NCBI GenBank assembly: GCA_043228905.1
Contig: JBHGNT010000065.1
Coordinates: 1-64,000, forward strand
DNA: 64,000 bases
Direction: 5' to 3'
DNA from: Azolla caroliniana
Taxonomy: Eukaryota > Plantae > Polypodiophyta
The notes below the pieces were generated by a model. The model was not told the origin of the DNA and did not search any database. It saw nothing but the letters and a program-made list of their open reading frames with translations. Shown here in pieces: positions 49,953 through 62,687 of this stretch (position 1 is the first letter of the stretch; each line of letters begins with the position of its first letter). The position numbers and the translations under genes are program-made.

Positions 49953-50286
49953 CTCATTAAGATCGTATTAGCATATTCTCCCGAAAGAGAGGGAGCAAAT
50001 CCCATTAAAAGATATTCCGCATTATAGCCCACGACTGATTCAACTTCTACTTCTAGTAGATCAGACGGAGCTCGATTAGTTTCTACTGAGCGAAAGATAG
50101 AAAACAGAATCAATACGGAGAACAAGAGAATGCGAAACCATATCTGCTCTTACGCTATGACAATCTCACTAAAATTACAAAAACCTACACAAATTAGTGC
50201 AGTAATGATAATAGGACCAATAGATACTTCGTACAAAACCATTTAGACGGCAAATCATGATACTCCTGAAAAAGCATATTTGGAAT
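49953..50286 (-). CDS. nad1: NADH dehydrogenase subunit 1, exon 3 (334 nt; i477 and i669 absent)
   Basis: SKYAF.G ... ETNRAP.DL.E.E.E.V.GYN.EY ... GEYAN. Confidence 0.94.
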
Positions 50287-51802
50287 AAGGAGTGAAGCTG
50301 CTTTTCCACCAATCAACAGGATCAGTGTACGCTGAGTCCTCTCCGAACCATACGAGCACGTCGCCGCGCATACGGCTCTCTACCCCAACAACTTGCTTTA
50401 GATCGCCCGGGAAACCCGCCCGTCGATGTTCCTTCCGTAGAGGCACATTGACACGTGGTTGGCGGGGAGGGCAAAGCCGTACGTGATAGTCTACCACCAT
50501 CTGGCTTTCTTTTTCACTCCGAGAGGTCCGACGTAGTTGCAGGGGTTCGTCGTCTCCTGCTTCTCTGTCGTCCTCTTTAGTTTAGCGGAGTGGAAAATTC
50601 TGACTCAGCGCCTTCATGATGAACCGGCGCGCGCGCGCGCCTTCATGCATGATGATGAAAACCGCTTCTTTTCTTTTCTTTTCTTTTCTTCGGCCGCCAT
50701 AAAGCAATGCTTTATAATACCTCGCTCCGTACCCTTCCGTCCCGTTTGGGCTTGGTTCTGGCCCCCCTCGAGTACGCCCGTTCTTGGCGGTCGTCCTCGT
50801 GGTTCGTTCCCAGCAGGCAGGACTCGAGAGGAGCGGGCCGGACGTCATAAATCCAGGTCCTGCGGTCTAGCCTTAGCCCTCGGTAAGCAGATCGATCGCT
50901 TCGTGTTCTCTCTCTGAATTTTGTGGTATGTCCTGTTCTTTTAGTTAAAACTGCTTGCTGGAGATCCACCAAACGACGATCAATTCTATTCCGCATTGAG
51001 TCAGGTTTCGGGGATTCGAGTTTGCAGATTGCGTTGAGTAGAATCTGCCGAAGCTAGGCAGACATCCAGACTCCTTTCCTGCTGCTAGAAGAAAACAACG
51101 TGGAAAAAGAAATAAAGACTTTCCTCTTCCCTGAAAACTAGCGTCTTCCCCGTGCGTGCGTGAGGGGCCCCTTTCGGGGCGGGTACTATGAGTCCTCTGA
51201 CTACCTGCCAGAACAAAATCTGGCTGGGTTTCGCCGGTATCACCTACGGCTCTCATCCCAGATGTCCTGGAATGCAGTAAATCGGGATGTCGTTCAGTCT
51301 CTTGTCCCCAAGAGGATGGGTAATGTGCCTTCATGCAATGGTTGCTCCAATCCGATCTGGCCGGCAAGCAATCCCAGCTGGCAGAAAACAAGACAGCGTA
51401 CAGTCGTTCGCTCGGCACAGAGGTACAAGGATAACTGTAGGTCGTTGGCTACCCAAGGAGACTTCAATTCGCTAGGACGGCACCTCATCCTGATCCACAA
51501 GGTTGGTTCTTCCACATGGTGTTGTTAGGTACTCCCTGGGAAGACAGGATCGACCTTCAACCATGCTTTTACGGCATGCTCTTCCTTTCTTCCTGAACTT
51601 CTTTGAACGTATCCCTATCCCCTTTTAGCCTCCTACACAAGAACCCCCCCTACCCTTCAAATCGCGAGTCAAGCCTATTACTAGTTCTGTCGAAGAGCCC
51701 TACACCCTGTATAGAGCAGATCATTCCACACTACAAACAATTTGACCACATGGGCGGGCCGGGCTGGCTGCTTTAGTACCACAGGTGACTGAACGGCCGC
51801 CC
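50287..51802 (-). other. Group II intron nad1i394g2 (cis)
   Basis: GGGCG start, domain V at about 50345-50378. Confidence 0.9.
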
Positions 51803-51938
51803 TACTAGACCGACCCACTGTAATAATCCCATAAACCCCTGGAGAAGATATAGCAAATAGATAGAATGTACCTACATTTGGATCCGACAATACCATACCA
51901 TAATCAGAAAGTGTAACAGCCCGAGCAACCAAACTTAA
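51803..51938 (-). CDS. nad1: NADH dehydrogenase subunit 1, exon 2 (136 nt)
   Basis: LSLVA.AV...[24 protein letters not shown]. Confidence 0.94.
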
Positions 51939-52016
51939 ATAGGGGTCAGTCAATGCTGCCCTCCAAACCGTACGTGGCAATCTTTTGTCATACAGCTCTC
52001 ACTCGGAACACCTTAA

Positions 52017-52053
<37 letters not shown>

Positions 52054-52803
52054 GAGAGTATTGCCGTCCCTTCCGTTTCGAAGAATTGTTCCTTATTCTC
52101 AACGCCGGCCGGCCGCATACGTACTGGCCGCGTTGAACTAAGGTTTGTTCTGACTAGTTGCCTTCGCGGCTCGGCCAGGTTTCTGGCATTCCTCCCTCGC
52201 TACTATGCGACCTCTGAGACCGCGCATCGTTTACTAGACAATGCGAAGCGGTTACTTCCCGTGGTTGCTCTCTTTTCGTGTCTTTGCCTTTCGAGGACGG
52301 AGTAAGCGCTACGCACTTCCCTGCTTCGCCCCGTCAGAGCACCCAATGGTTACAGGTCTTTGCGCACCTGCTCGATTGTTTAAGTCAGTTCCTATGCTGG
52401 AATTACTTGTGGCTGGCTGTCCGGCAACCTTGACCGCTTCATGTGGAAGTCAAGGCTTTCGCCCAAACTGGGCCCTGGATTACTCCGCCACACACATACT
52501 GACGTATTCTGTTCGGGATACGTAGCCCTTACTCAGGCAGTAGGTACGTACCAAGTGAGTCAATCTAACCTTTCTCGCATCAGCTGAGAGACACCACCGA
52601 GGAGGGCTAAGCCGTCCTTCCTTCGGGGACCGGGGAAACCGCTTTGCCCGGCTTCGCCCCTTTCCGACTAACTGCTCGCGAACTCGATGGATTATTAGCC
52701 CAAGATGTTGTATTGGCCCGCCGTATATACTTCCAAGTCAAACATCTATGTTGGTTGTAGAAGGGTATTCTTCCGGAAAGAAAACGAGCCTCGCACGGCG
52801 CAC
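51939..52803 (-). other. Group II intron nad1i258g2
   Basis: GTGCG exactly after nt 258, domain V at about 51964-51998, CCCTAT end. Confidence 0.92.
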
Positions 52804-53061
52804 CGTAGATGTAATTACCAGAACCATTACAGAAAGAAAGAAATTAGCACTTGGAGGTGGAATAGGTTCTTTTAAAATTGATTTCAAACCATCCGCTAAG
52901 AGTTATAACAACCCAGATGATCCCACCACATTAAGACCCTTTCAACGTTACATGGAAGCCATGACTTTACGTTCGACTGACACTGGAAAGACTACTCCTG
53001 GTAAAAGTAATATGATGATTCCAAAGATTTTAGCTAGGAGACGAAGGATATACGGCTTCGT
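52804..53061 (-). CDS. nad1: NADH dehydrogenase subunit 1, exon 1 (ACG start, 258 nt)
   Basis: AKI.GII..ERKVMASM*R*KG.NVVG ... ADGLK.ILKEPI. Confidence 0.94.
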
Positions 53062-53568
53062 TTCGTCAACTAAGATAGGTTTCAAGAAAATGCCTTCAAA
53101 GCAGCATTAGAGGGACTTGCGTTGGCTTTCTTTGCCAACACAAGGTCTGTTCTTGATATTTATGGCAGTTCTTTCTTTCGTTGGCCGTTAGCGGCGGAAA
53201 AAAGTAGTCAATGAAATAATGTCACTTGATAGGCCTCTGACAACGACGTTGCCGACAACCAACCTCTTGAGAAAGGTAGTAAGGATCAAGGTGTGGATGA
53301 TGTTATTGATGTTGCGACCCAGACCGACATGGATGGTATTGATGTAGGAGTTCAGACGGATATCTTATTATACCAGCAGGTGCAACTACTCAATTTATTG
53401 AATTCTTACCGGGCCGTAAAGAGCAGCTCGGCATTGAGGGAAAGCAGGAACCCACCCCACGAGTTTCCTTGAACAGTCTGCAGGAATTGACAGAAAATCT
53501 TGTAGATAGAATGGCCGCCTTGACTTCCGAGGCTCGATGAAACGGGCTGGCTGCTATGAAACTGCCCA

Positions 53569-53641
53569 ACCTACTTAACTCAGGGGTTAGAGTATCGCTT
53601 TCATACGGCGAAAGTCATTGGTTCGAATCCAGTAGTAGGTA
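53569..53641 (+). tRNA. trnM: tRNA-Met(CAU), plastid-type sequence
   Basis: ACCTACTTAACTCAG...TTCATAC...AGTAGGTA resembles the chloroplast elongator trnM. Confidence 0.88.
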
Positions 53642-54542
53642 ACTTGATTTTTCATGCATGGTTTCACTAACCAAGTACCGAGTTCCGTGTTTTCCAGCTT
53701 GCATTCGTCGTGAGCCAGAGCCAGTCCTTTGTCGATGGAAGACTCGCGGATGAAGCGGTTCATTGCTGCTGCTTTCGTTCCGATACAAATTAGATAGACC
53801 GAGCACTATACATGCCGCTATTGCTTCTATGAAATAAAGTAAATGGGGGGAAGGTCGACCCGCTTTCTACCAGGCGTGCGGAAAGCGATGAAAACCTAAC
53901 TAAACTAAAGGTCCAATTTTCTGGCTGCCTTATGGTTGAAGCAATGTTCGGTGGCCCGGCGACTAGTGGATGTGGGACGTGTAACTATCCGATTCTGAAA
54001 CGAACGCCGATGGTCTCATTGACCCAATTTACCGAGAGAGAATTCCGCTAACCATCGTAAGGTGATTAGGTCTGCTGGTTTTCATCGGGGCGGTCCTATG
54101 AGATGATTAGAGTGTATCTCATCACATTCCAGATCTATCAAATAATCGATTGTAAAAGAGTAATGGATACGGAGAGTTTGACTCATTGAGAGTAGGGCGC
54201 AGAAAGTCAAGTCTTGCGATACTTCTCAAGCCAGCCCTTCGTGGTGCCTGACGGAATTGTCTAAAGCTGTTCTCGGCTCTGGTAACAGAGTTCGCTCCGA
54301 AGCTGTCTTGGCTTTTTTTTTGGCCCTCACCGCCTCATGAAGACGAATGAATGGGCCGCATAGATATTCTTCTGCTAATCTTCTCGAAAGCGGCGCAGTA
54401 GTAGCATCTAGGTGTGCAAATGGTTGTAGCGGGGGCTAGGTCAGTCAGATCATCCGCAGGTGCGCTTGAATGGAAGTTATTGATCTGGAATTCTTTCCTA
54501 TAGAGACCTGGCCGGCCGGGAAGAACCAGTTGATAACCCACG

Positions 54543-54575
<33 letters not shown>

Positions 54576-54843
54576 ACGGCCGAAGAAGCGGTTTTCATCG
54601 GCATTCTACCTGCCAAAAAGAAAGCAGAGACTTCTGATTCCGCGATTTTGGGCGAAGCGGAAGATGTTGTCAATGAATAAAGGTACAGCTTGCTCGTTGA
54701 CATCTCGGAAATATTCTGCCATTGTTGGGGCTAGGTTGAGCCAACTCTCATACGAGCTCTTCAACAGAGCTAGTCCGAAAAATTGATAAACGTTAAGAAC
54801 AACCCTCTTTCATGCATGTTGGAACAAAACCCTTCAATTCATC

Positions 54844-55596
54844 ACGGCTTACAGTCTACCGGAATAACCTGCCATTATTCTATCGATTTCCATCCATATA
54901 GGAAATCCGTATCTTTTATTTATCAATTCCTCTCCATCTATGTCACCCACTACCAGTTTAATCCCGCTCCTAGTTCACTTGGTGACCTCGAATGGAGGAC
55001 ACTTAGTACTGAATGCTTGGTAATCCCTAGTGGAGATGACTTATGATTTCGTGCCCAATCTAGTGAACGAATAAATTAGTGGCGTTTCGAAATAATAGTC
55101 TTCTCTCCCGATCCTCGTTACTTTTACCTTTCCATTATTTCGTAATTTGTAAGGTATGGTACTTTATAGTTTTATGGTAATAAGTCATTCTATTATTATT
55201 TTGGGTTCTCTATTCTCTCTTTCTCTTGGAACTATCGTAGTGGGGTCTTAAACACATGGGCCTCATCCTTTCAGTCTCTTATTACTGCCGGGTGTACCTC
55301 CACCGTTAGCGCCTTTCCCAGTATTTTCGGAGTTAATCCTCTATCGTTTTCGTGCACTAAGCTTAGGAATATGTTTATTTGCTAATATGATGGCTGGTTA
55401 TAGTTCAGTCAAGATTTCGAGTGGCTTTGCTCGGACCATGCTATCCATGAGGGGTATCTTGCTATTAGCACATCTCGCTCTTCTTTCGATCGTATTTGCA
55501 TCAACTGGTTTAGAATCAGGTGTAGTTATTTTATAAGCTTATGTCCCTATAATCCCGATTCGTATTCATTTGAATGATGCAATAAACCTTCATTGA
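54844..55596 (+). CDS. atp6: ATP synthase subunit a (ACG start)
   Basis: (M)AYS..E*.AII ... NAW*S.VEM.YDFV ... LFANMMAG ... LNDAINLH-TGA. Confidence 0.95.
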
Positions 55597-58520
55597 CATG
55601 GAAAGAGAAACGGTTTGGTTTCGTCACCAAACCGTTCTTTTCTATATTGCAAACAAATCTGCCACGCTTAGCTTATTGGTTCGTTGCAACGCCGTCTGCC
55701 GTTACGTATCGCACCTTACATTACATGGTGGTTTCTTTTTTGGTAAATAATTTTAGTAAGTTTCATCATCATACCTTTTTGATTTGAGGCGGTCACTTTA
55801 CCTACATTGGTAAATGATTTTTGTCCTTATACTCTAACCTGTACAATTATTGTATTGAAAGGTGGTATCTCACATTCTCTTAAATGCTAAGCAAAGAATA
55901 GGTTTGTAATCAAGGGAAATATGACAGATAGTCGTGGGAAATGAAGTAATAACAGAGGAATCGAGTGTTTCATAATTAATGAGAAAAATCATGTGTCACA
56001 TCACATAAAAAATGGATTGTCTTTCTAACGGAATACCTCTGGAATACCTTACCTGAAGGGAAATAACGGTACTAGGAAAAGAGAGAGAGATCCTTGCCTG
56101 GGCTGCTGGGAGAGTTTCCCACCTATTTATTCTATTTACGCCCTATAATAAATAAGGGCATTCCGGAGATCGAGGCACCTTGTTGTTGTTGAAGTCCTTT
56201 GACAACAATTCTATCCACGCACTGCCTATTTGTACGCCGAATAGCTAAAAACCAACAGGCTCAAGCTGCTTTCTGCCCAACCTCTTCTTCTTCTTCTTCT
56301 TCTTCTTCCTTAAACTAAATTTAGAGATTTAAGGCGTTACGAATCAAAAAGTCAGAAAAAGATTCCGACGGCCGTAACAGCTCGCAACTACCTGGCCACC
56401 AGCTTCTAGGTTCAAAAAGTAGCGACATGAGCCCCCTAGCGTCTTTCGACGAGCTAACCAGATTTTCCTGAAGAAAAGCTAGTGAACCAAGTCCTCCTTA
56501 GGCATTAGGCCCCGAAGTCTGGAACAGCCGAGGACTGGAACCAGTAACCATCGGTATCTGGCGTATATCAAGTACTACCCTTTCCAGTGCCCTAATGATG
56601 TCTGAAAAGACAGAATAAACAGCCTTAAACTTTCAAATACTAGGTCCAAGGCCTCCATCCTGCCAAGACGACAGATTGCACAAGAAAGGGCCGAATGATT
56701 CAATATCCGACTCTTCTTTTAATATCTCAGCACGTGACGATATGTCCAGGACGCAAGTTAGCGTGAACTTTCGGCGTGGGTATTGTACTTATGCCCAACA
56801 ACCAACAAAATTGAAGATCAAATAAACTACAGCAATTAATAGCAAACATATCTAGGTTGCTTGGACTGGTTCTCGAAAGAAAATAATAGGTGACCGGAGT
56901 ATAGTGAACTCCGGCCGGCCTGAAGGATCCCTAAGTGGTAGATAAGACCACGAAAATATTTTAATAGTGATTTCTAATTTATGTCAACGCATAGTTTTCT
57001 CCTCTCCTCTCCTCTCCTCTCCTCTCCTCTCCAGCGGCTCTGTCGTCGCTACATGTAATTTGAAAGCAGCACTGTTTCATCTTAAGATTTATGGCTTGTT
57101 TAAAGTAATCGAAATTACCGTACACTTTATCGATTACAAACCCACACAAAGATGTCACTACGACATTGTAGTGATCTACTAGGACTTTCCTTCGTGCGTG
57201 AAAATTACTAGCTTTCTTCGCTCCTACAATGGGGGGACAACCTCTCTTTCCACTTCTTCAAGAAAAAGGAGTGCTCAACAGGAAGGAATAGGATCCCCTT
57301 CTTTTCTTTTCTTTTCTTTTCTTGCGGCACCCAATGATACGCGTTATATATCTCTTCTTTAGGGGCCTTGAAGCCCAGCTGCTTTTCAAGATACTCCCTT
57401 GGCTCTGCTGCTGTTTCGATGTACCCGCATAATACTATACTGCATCTTAATGTCATCTACCACCTTGATGGTCTTTAGTAGCGCTAGGGTTCTATTGTCG
57501 TACAGTGAGAATATAGCTCCGCTATAAGGTTCTTGAACAGGAACTCAGGATGAACCAGCGGATGACCCAATGACTCAAACAGGGTCTTCTTATACATATC
57601 TGATAGAGCTTTTGATACTGCGTGGTCTGAGAATCACTGTATACAGCGGCTTTTTCAGGAAAGCAAGCCTCTTCGCAGCAAGCATGGAAAACCACCTTAT
57701 CACTCAGCAATGTGCATTGGTTGCTATCCGAGCAATTAGGGTTGGGTTTGACCAACTCTCTCTTGGAAAGCGAGAATTCTCGCCTCGTCACACTACACTA
57801 TCAAGTCAAAGTTCCCAGACATGACCTTCCGGAGAAACTGGTAAATAGAATACGCGGTACGCCTGCGGCTCTCGGCGCCTCGACTGGATCCAGACCCCGC
57901 ATTGGAACTTTCCTACGTAGGGAAATAACTATTTAGTTTGGGAGAGTGGTTCCCGGAATAATGATCTCTAAGAGCAAAAGTTGAGGGTTCGAATCCCATT
58001 TTCTCTTCTCTGAATTACGAGAGTGATACGAGTTGCTGTCTGCTGCTCTTGCCAACCCATTTCGTGAAATTCCCCTCTAGCTCAAGAAACGAGGTCATAG
58101 CCGAGCGGCAGGCCCGCCCTGCGTACTTCTCAACTCCTGAATAAGGAGCTCGAATCTACTGATCCGAGCATTCGCTCGTATTCTGAAAGATGTGTCGTAC
58201 TAGAGGTGCCAATCAAGCAAGCGCAATCAACAACCCGTCTCCTTGGGGTTCTTGCAGAGAACAGGGTAAGGCGGCCAGAGGAGCGGAATGAAGTTTCAAG
58301 ATGATGAGGTAGCCGGCTCTCGAGAAAGCGACTTCTCTCTAGCGCCGATACGATCGAAGTGGTAAACCAAAAGTGAACCTGCCAACGACACACCTTTATG
58401 TATGACATAGTTTCGACAGGACGGGATGTCTTAGATAAAGCCTAAACTCTGTAAAAAGAAGAAAGGGGGGCACGCACGCACGCACGCACGCACGCACGTA
58501 TAAACAATAGCTCCTCCCGC

Positions 58521-58565
<45 letters not shown>

Positions 58566-58605
58566 TGTTTGCCCATATGATACGTGTTGCATATGGAACG
58601 AGGAT

Positions 58606-58678
58606 GGGGGCGTAGTTCAATCGGTAGAACGCATGTTTTGCAAGTATGAAGTTATCGGTTCAAGTCCGATCGTCTCCA
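58606..58678 (+). tRNA. trnA: tRNA-Ala(UGC)
   Basis: GGGGGCGTAGTTCAATCGG...TTTGCAA...; G3:U70 pair present. Confidence 0.93.
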
Positions 58679-59235
58679 TTCGTATACAGATTGGCACATT
58701 AGATAGAAATCCAGCAGATCCCCCGCCCGGTTCCCCGGGCGACATACGTGCGGACAAAGAGCTGCCTGCCCTCACGGGCAAGCTAACCCGCCGGTTCATC
58801 CGGATGAAAACCAACCGGTTCATCCGGATGAAAACCAACCGGTTCATCAAACCCGCCAACCCCTTTTTCATCATGAAGGCCTTCATGATGATGAAAACCG
58901 CACGCAGATTATGGCCGGAATTGCCAGGGCAGGCTTGTTGCCTGCGCGCACGCACCCCTTCATGCGGAATTCATTGAAACCAGACACACACGGCACGAAG
59001 GCGAGAATTTTGATATCAGGACCAGCGAGCGTGCACTACCTCCCGACCTAACTTTTCTTTTCACTCCCGCCGGATGATGAAAACCGCTTCTTACCGCCCG
59101 CTTCTTTTCTTCGGGCACGAGTCCAGAAATGCATGCTGGTGGCGCCCGCCCTTTTGCTTGCCTGCATGAAGGCCAAGAAACTGCCATGAATATCGAGAAC
59201 AGACAAGGAAGAGCAACAGAATATAAGTACGATTT

Positions 59236-59799
59236 ACGCGCGAATTGATTTTATTTGCTATTTCAATTTCTAGCGTTTTGAGTTTGGAATGAATAATAAT
59301 ATATAATGAGGAAATATTAGTAGCTGTTCGTCTAGTGGGTTTTGTTTCCCTTAGTCAAAACACTCTAAGTGACATTTTCAGAGCGACTTTTAGGGCAAAA
59401 AGCGAAGCTATTTAAACAGATTTATAGCATTTTCCCAGTTCCTAGGAAGCTCTGTGGTCTGAGCCCGAGGAATGGCATGAATTACTATTACTCAGTCTGC
59501 GTTTAAGTACGTAAATGATTGCGGAATCCTTTTTCAATGGGATAGTGGAGCGTCGCGCATTGTCGTACGAATAAACAGTATAAGCCTCGCTGTGTTAAGA
59601 AATGGAACTTTAGTTGAAAGCACCGTTAGCCATTTGAGAGCATTCTCGCCTCTGAGAATAAGACGAGATAGTGAGTCGTTCCCGCTCTCCAGTCAGTGAC
59701 GAATTTGGCGGCTTTTCCAGCAGCAGTGGAACGAAACATCAGTCCACACTGATCTAACCGAGCATGGTTTTCTTAGAAGGAGGGAAAGGGGGATTCCAG
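59236..59799 (+). CDS. atp4: ATP synthase subunit b/4 (ACG start; end uncertain, probably edited CAG)
   Basis: (M)RELILFAI..IYNEEILVA ... SLR.ST*MI ... DEF...KHQS.L.*.SMV.L, collinear with liverwort atp4. Confidence 0.88.
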
Positions 59800-60199
59800 G
59801 AGTTAGCTGACACTTCCAAAGGAGGGGAGGAAAGCCGTAGGGAAAACTGCAGCGAAAAGAGCTCGGGTCCGCCCTATGCATGTAATAATGCTGCCCATGA
59901 CTGGAGTAGCGAAATTATTGTCAAAAAGAGCAAGCAGAGCTCTTCTTTTCTTTTCTTTCCGCGCTGGCTGAGATGGATGATAATCCTTTGGCCCTGCCTT
60001 TCCTTTCACGGTTGTCTTGCCGCTGGGTGTCCTGGCAGAACCTTGCCATTCCACTCGTGGTAGGTGGTGAAATCTCTGTCTAAATCATCGAAGAAAAGTC
60101 GAGTCGATTTTTTCGTGCGTGCTGCATCGGTAAAAAACCCCCTAGGAATATGTCGTCTATTTGCCTGCCAACAAAACGATTACACTTCAGTCATACCTT

Positions 60200-60320
60200 T
60201 CAGTTCAGTGTTGCTCGAACTATGCTATCCATGATGGGTAGCACATCCTGCTCTTCTGTATCCACATCAATCGGTCCAGAACCAGGTGTAGCTATTTGAA
60301 AAGTTTATGTCCTTAATCTT
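60200..60320 (+). pseudogene. atp6: Degenerate duplicate of the atp6 3' region
   Basis: Matches about 55402-55552 with deletions (ATGCTATCCATGA, AGAA.CAGGTGTAG.TATTT). Confidence 0.7.
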
Positions 60321-60410
60321 TCAAGGAGAAAAATATGGCTGCTTTGCCCTCAACAGATCCATCGACTCCATTACTTGAGAGGGCTAACAGCCAGCCAGCC
60401 AGCCAGCAGT

Positions 60411-60484
60411 GGGCTTATAGTTTAATTGGTTGAAACGTACCGCTCATAACGGTAATATTGTAGGTTCGAGCCCTACTAAGCCTA
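60411..60484 (+). tRNA. trnI: tRNA-Ile(CAU), lysidine type
   Basis: GGGCTTATAGTTTAATTGG...CTCATAA... matches plant mitochondrial trnI(CAU). Confidence 0.92.
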
Positions 60485-60587
60485 TTTACTTGCCATACCT
60501 AACTCGCCAGTCTTTCACTACTTTGCTGCGCCCAGCAAGCAAATTCCGTTCTCTGAGCTTTGCTTCTCTTCCTTGGTTACCACTGTA

Positions 60588-60659
60588 TGGAGTATAGCCA
60601 AGCGGTAAGGCATCGGTTTTTGATACCGACACGCAAAGGTTCGAATCCTTTTACTCCAG
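60588..60659 (+). tRNA. trnQ: tRNA-Gln(UUG)
   Basis: TGGAGTATAGCCAAGCGG...TTTTGAT... Confidence 0.95.
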
Positions 60660-61413
60660 GATCCTAAGGCGGCATTCAAAGCATTGCTCATTCATAGCCT
60701 TCTTGTCTGAGTCATTCTTCTCACTCGGCTTGGAAGGCATCGCCGCCTTTCATCGGCAACGCCGCATGCCTCGCTCTTCTTTCTTGGAGAAACGTTGCCT
60801 TTACGGAACGGATACTTCTTGCATGCATTAAGCCATGCGAAGAAGGAATGAGTGCAACCAAGTGCTACCATGTGCAAGGACTAGGCGAAGCGATGGACCC
60901 CGCACAGACAGTTAAACAAACGCCTTCAGCGATGAACCGCAGGCAGTGAGATACCAAAGATATGATCTATTGAGCAAGATCCAAGATCGACTGAGCCTGG
61001 AGTGATGGGATCTGAAAAACCAACCTATAGAGATAGGCCCAAGGTCTGACTTGGCTAGCTGTTCTGAAAGAAATAGGTGCGGAAAATCTAATTTGGTAAT
61101 GTTTCAATGGAAATCCAACTAGATAGTGGCGAAGCTACGTCATTTTACTCTGATGCGTATCCTAACATACATACATACATAATAGTACCATGTACGGCAT
61201 CGGTACTGATACCGATGGTTCTTTTGAATTATATGCCGCCTGTTCTACTCCAACATCCTCGAGATCTGGAAAGCAGAGTATTATGGATGAGGAAGAACCC
61301 TGGCAATAGACATGTATGGACTTGGAGAGAGGCCTATTCTAGGTCGTCTCGACTATTCCGGTGATAAAACAAGGTAAAGAGACCCGCAACCTCTTCGTAC
61401 CAAGCCAGGTAAT

Positions 61414-61486
61414 CAGGAGAAAAGGGATTCGAACCCTTAACCTTTGGTTTTGGAGACCATTGTTCTACCATTGGAACTATTCTCCT
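61414..61486 (-). tRNA. trnW: tRNA-Trp(CCA)
   Basis: AGGAGAATAGTTCCAATGG...CTCCAAA... Confidence 0.94.
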
Positions 61487-61560
61487 GAAATTAAATAATT
61501 ACTTACGAGCCGGCCGGTTACTTTGCCTTTATTCCTTGGCGTTGAACCGTGCGGCTTCAT

Positions 61561-61592
<32 letters not shown>

Positions 61593-62240
61593 AAGGCGGT
61601 TCATGCGGAAGAAGCGGTTCATCGTGCTTGCTTCATGTGGATTTCTAGGCCTTCATGCGGTGATATACAACGGCAGCAAGCAAGCAAGCAAGCAAGCAAG
61701 CATGAAGGCCGATATCGTCGTTCTTTGGCTTGTGCCTGCCTTTTGGCCGGCTTCATCCGGCCGGGCCGGGCCGGGCCGGGCCGGGCCGCCGCCCCTATTT
61801 ATTTGATGAATCCCGTCCCGCAGTTTATGCTAAGACAGTGTGCGAGGGGCGCATATAGTCAGCTGCTCACAACCAACCTACTTTCGTCTTGAAATGCCTT
61901 CTTAAGGCACTTTCCTCTCACTAGGTGAAAAGAAAGGAGTTTGCAGAAACGAATTGGAAAGGACCTCAAAGAAAGCAGCAAACCAATGGTACGCTAATTT
62001 ACTTGGTCCTATCGATTTCTCACGTTAATAATAACCAAACGTGAAGTGGCCCGGTTAAGGTAGGGTTGTAGCGCCTGAAATTGCCTACCTCTATGTATGA
62101 AGAAGATAATGAACCAAATGTCATCTAGCAGCGCCATACCACTTAAATGAGATTAAGGTTTGGCTCCGACACTCCAACATGCCGACCGAGAATTCCCGGA
62201 GAACAACACCGTTCTATGAAACATTCAAGGAAGGTTTGTG

Positions 62241-62314
62241 TGCACCGAAGGGGACTTGAACCTCTAACCACCTGGTTCGAAGCCAGGTACTCTATCCGAT
62301 TGAGCTATCGGTGC
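62241..62314 (-). tRNA. trnR: tRNA-Arg(UCG), chlamydial-like
   Basis: GCACCGATAGCTCAATCGGATAGAGTACCTGGCTTCGAACCAGG... Confidence 0.92.
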
Positions 62315-62652
62315 TGCCTGCTGCTTTCAGAACACGCTTTCCCTGTCTATCTTTGGTAGGCGATTTGCTGGTTTCTGGAGCACCGCTTGTTTAGCAGGTG
62401 GATCCAGAGTGCCAAAGAAAAGAAGAGCGGTTTTCCGCTTCTTCCGCCGGCCGCAGGTCAGCCTCTGAGGGCGCATCCCGGGCTTGTCCACGTCAACGCT
62501 ATAGGTGACTTGTTCAGGAGGCAGCTTTTCTTTTCGGGCTGGTCCTCGTGGATGGTTCTCTAACCTTCCACACACTGTTAAGGAATGACCTAGTCATGTA
62601 ATAGGGTCTCTTAAAGGAAATTATGCGGGTAGGTACTTGCAGCTCATAGAGG

Positions 62653-62687
<35 letters not shown>

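Noticed and set aside
57935-58010. Degenerate tRNA-like sequence
   Set aside because: T arm present, but D and anticodon arms do not fold and the identity is unassignable.
54330-58430. Scattered LINE/RT-like fragments (ADDLT near 54450; NHLIT.QQ near 57700)
   Set aside because: Plausible retroelement debris, but motif support is too thin for a feature call.
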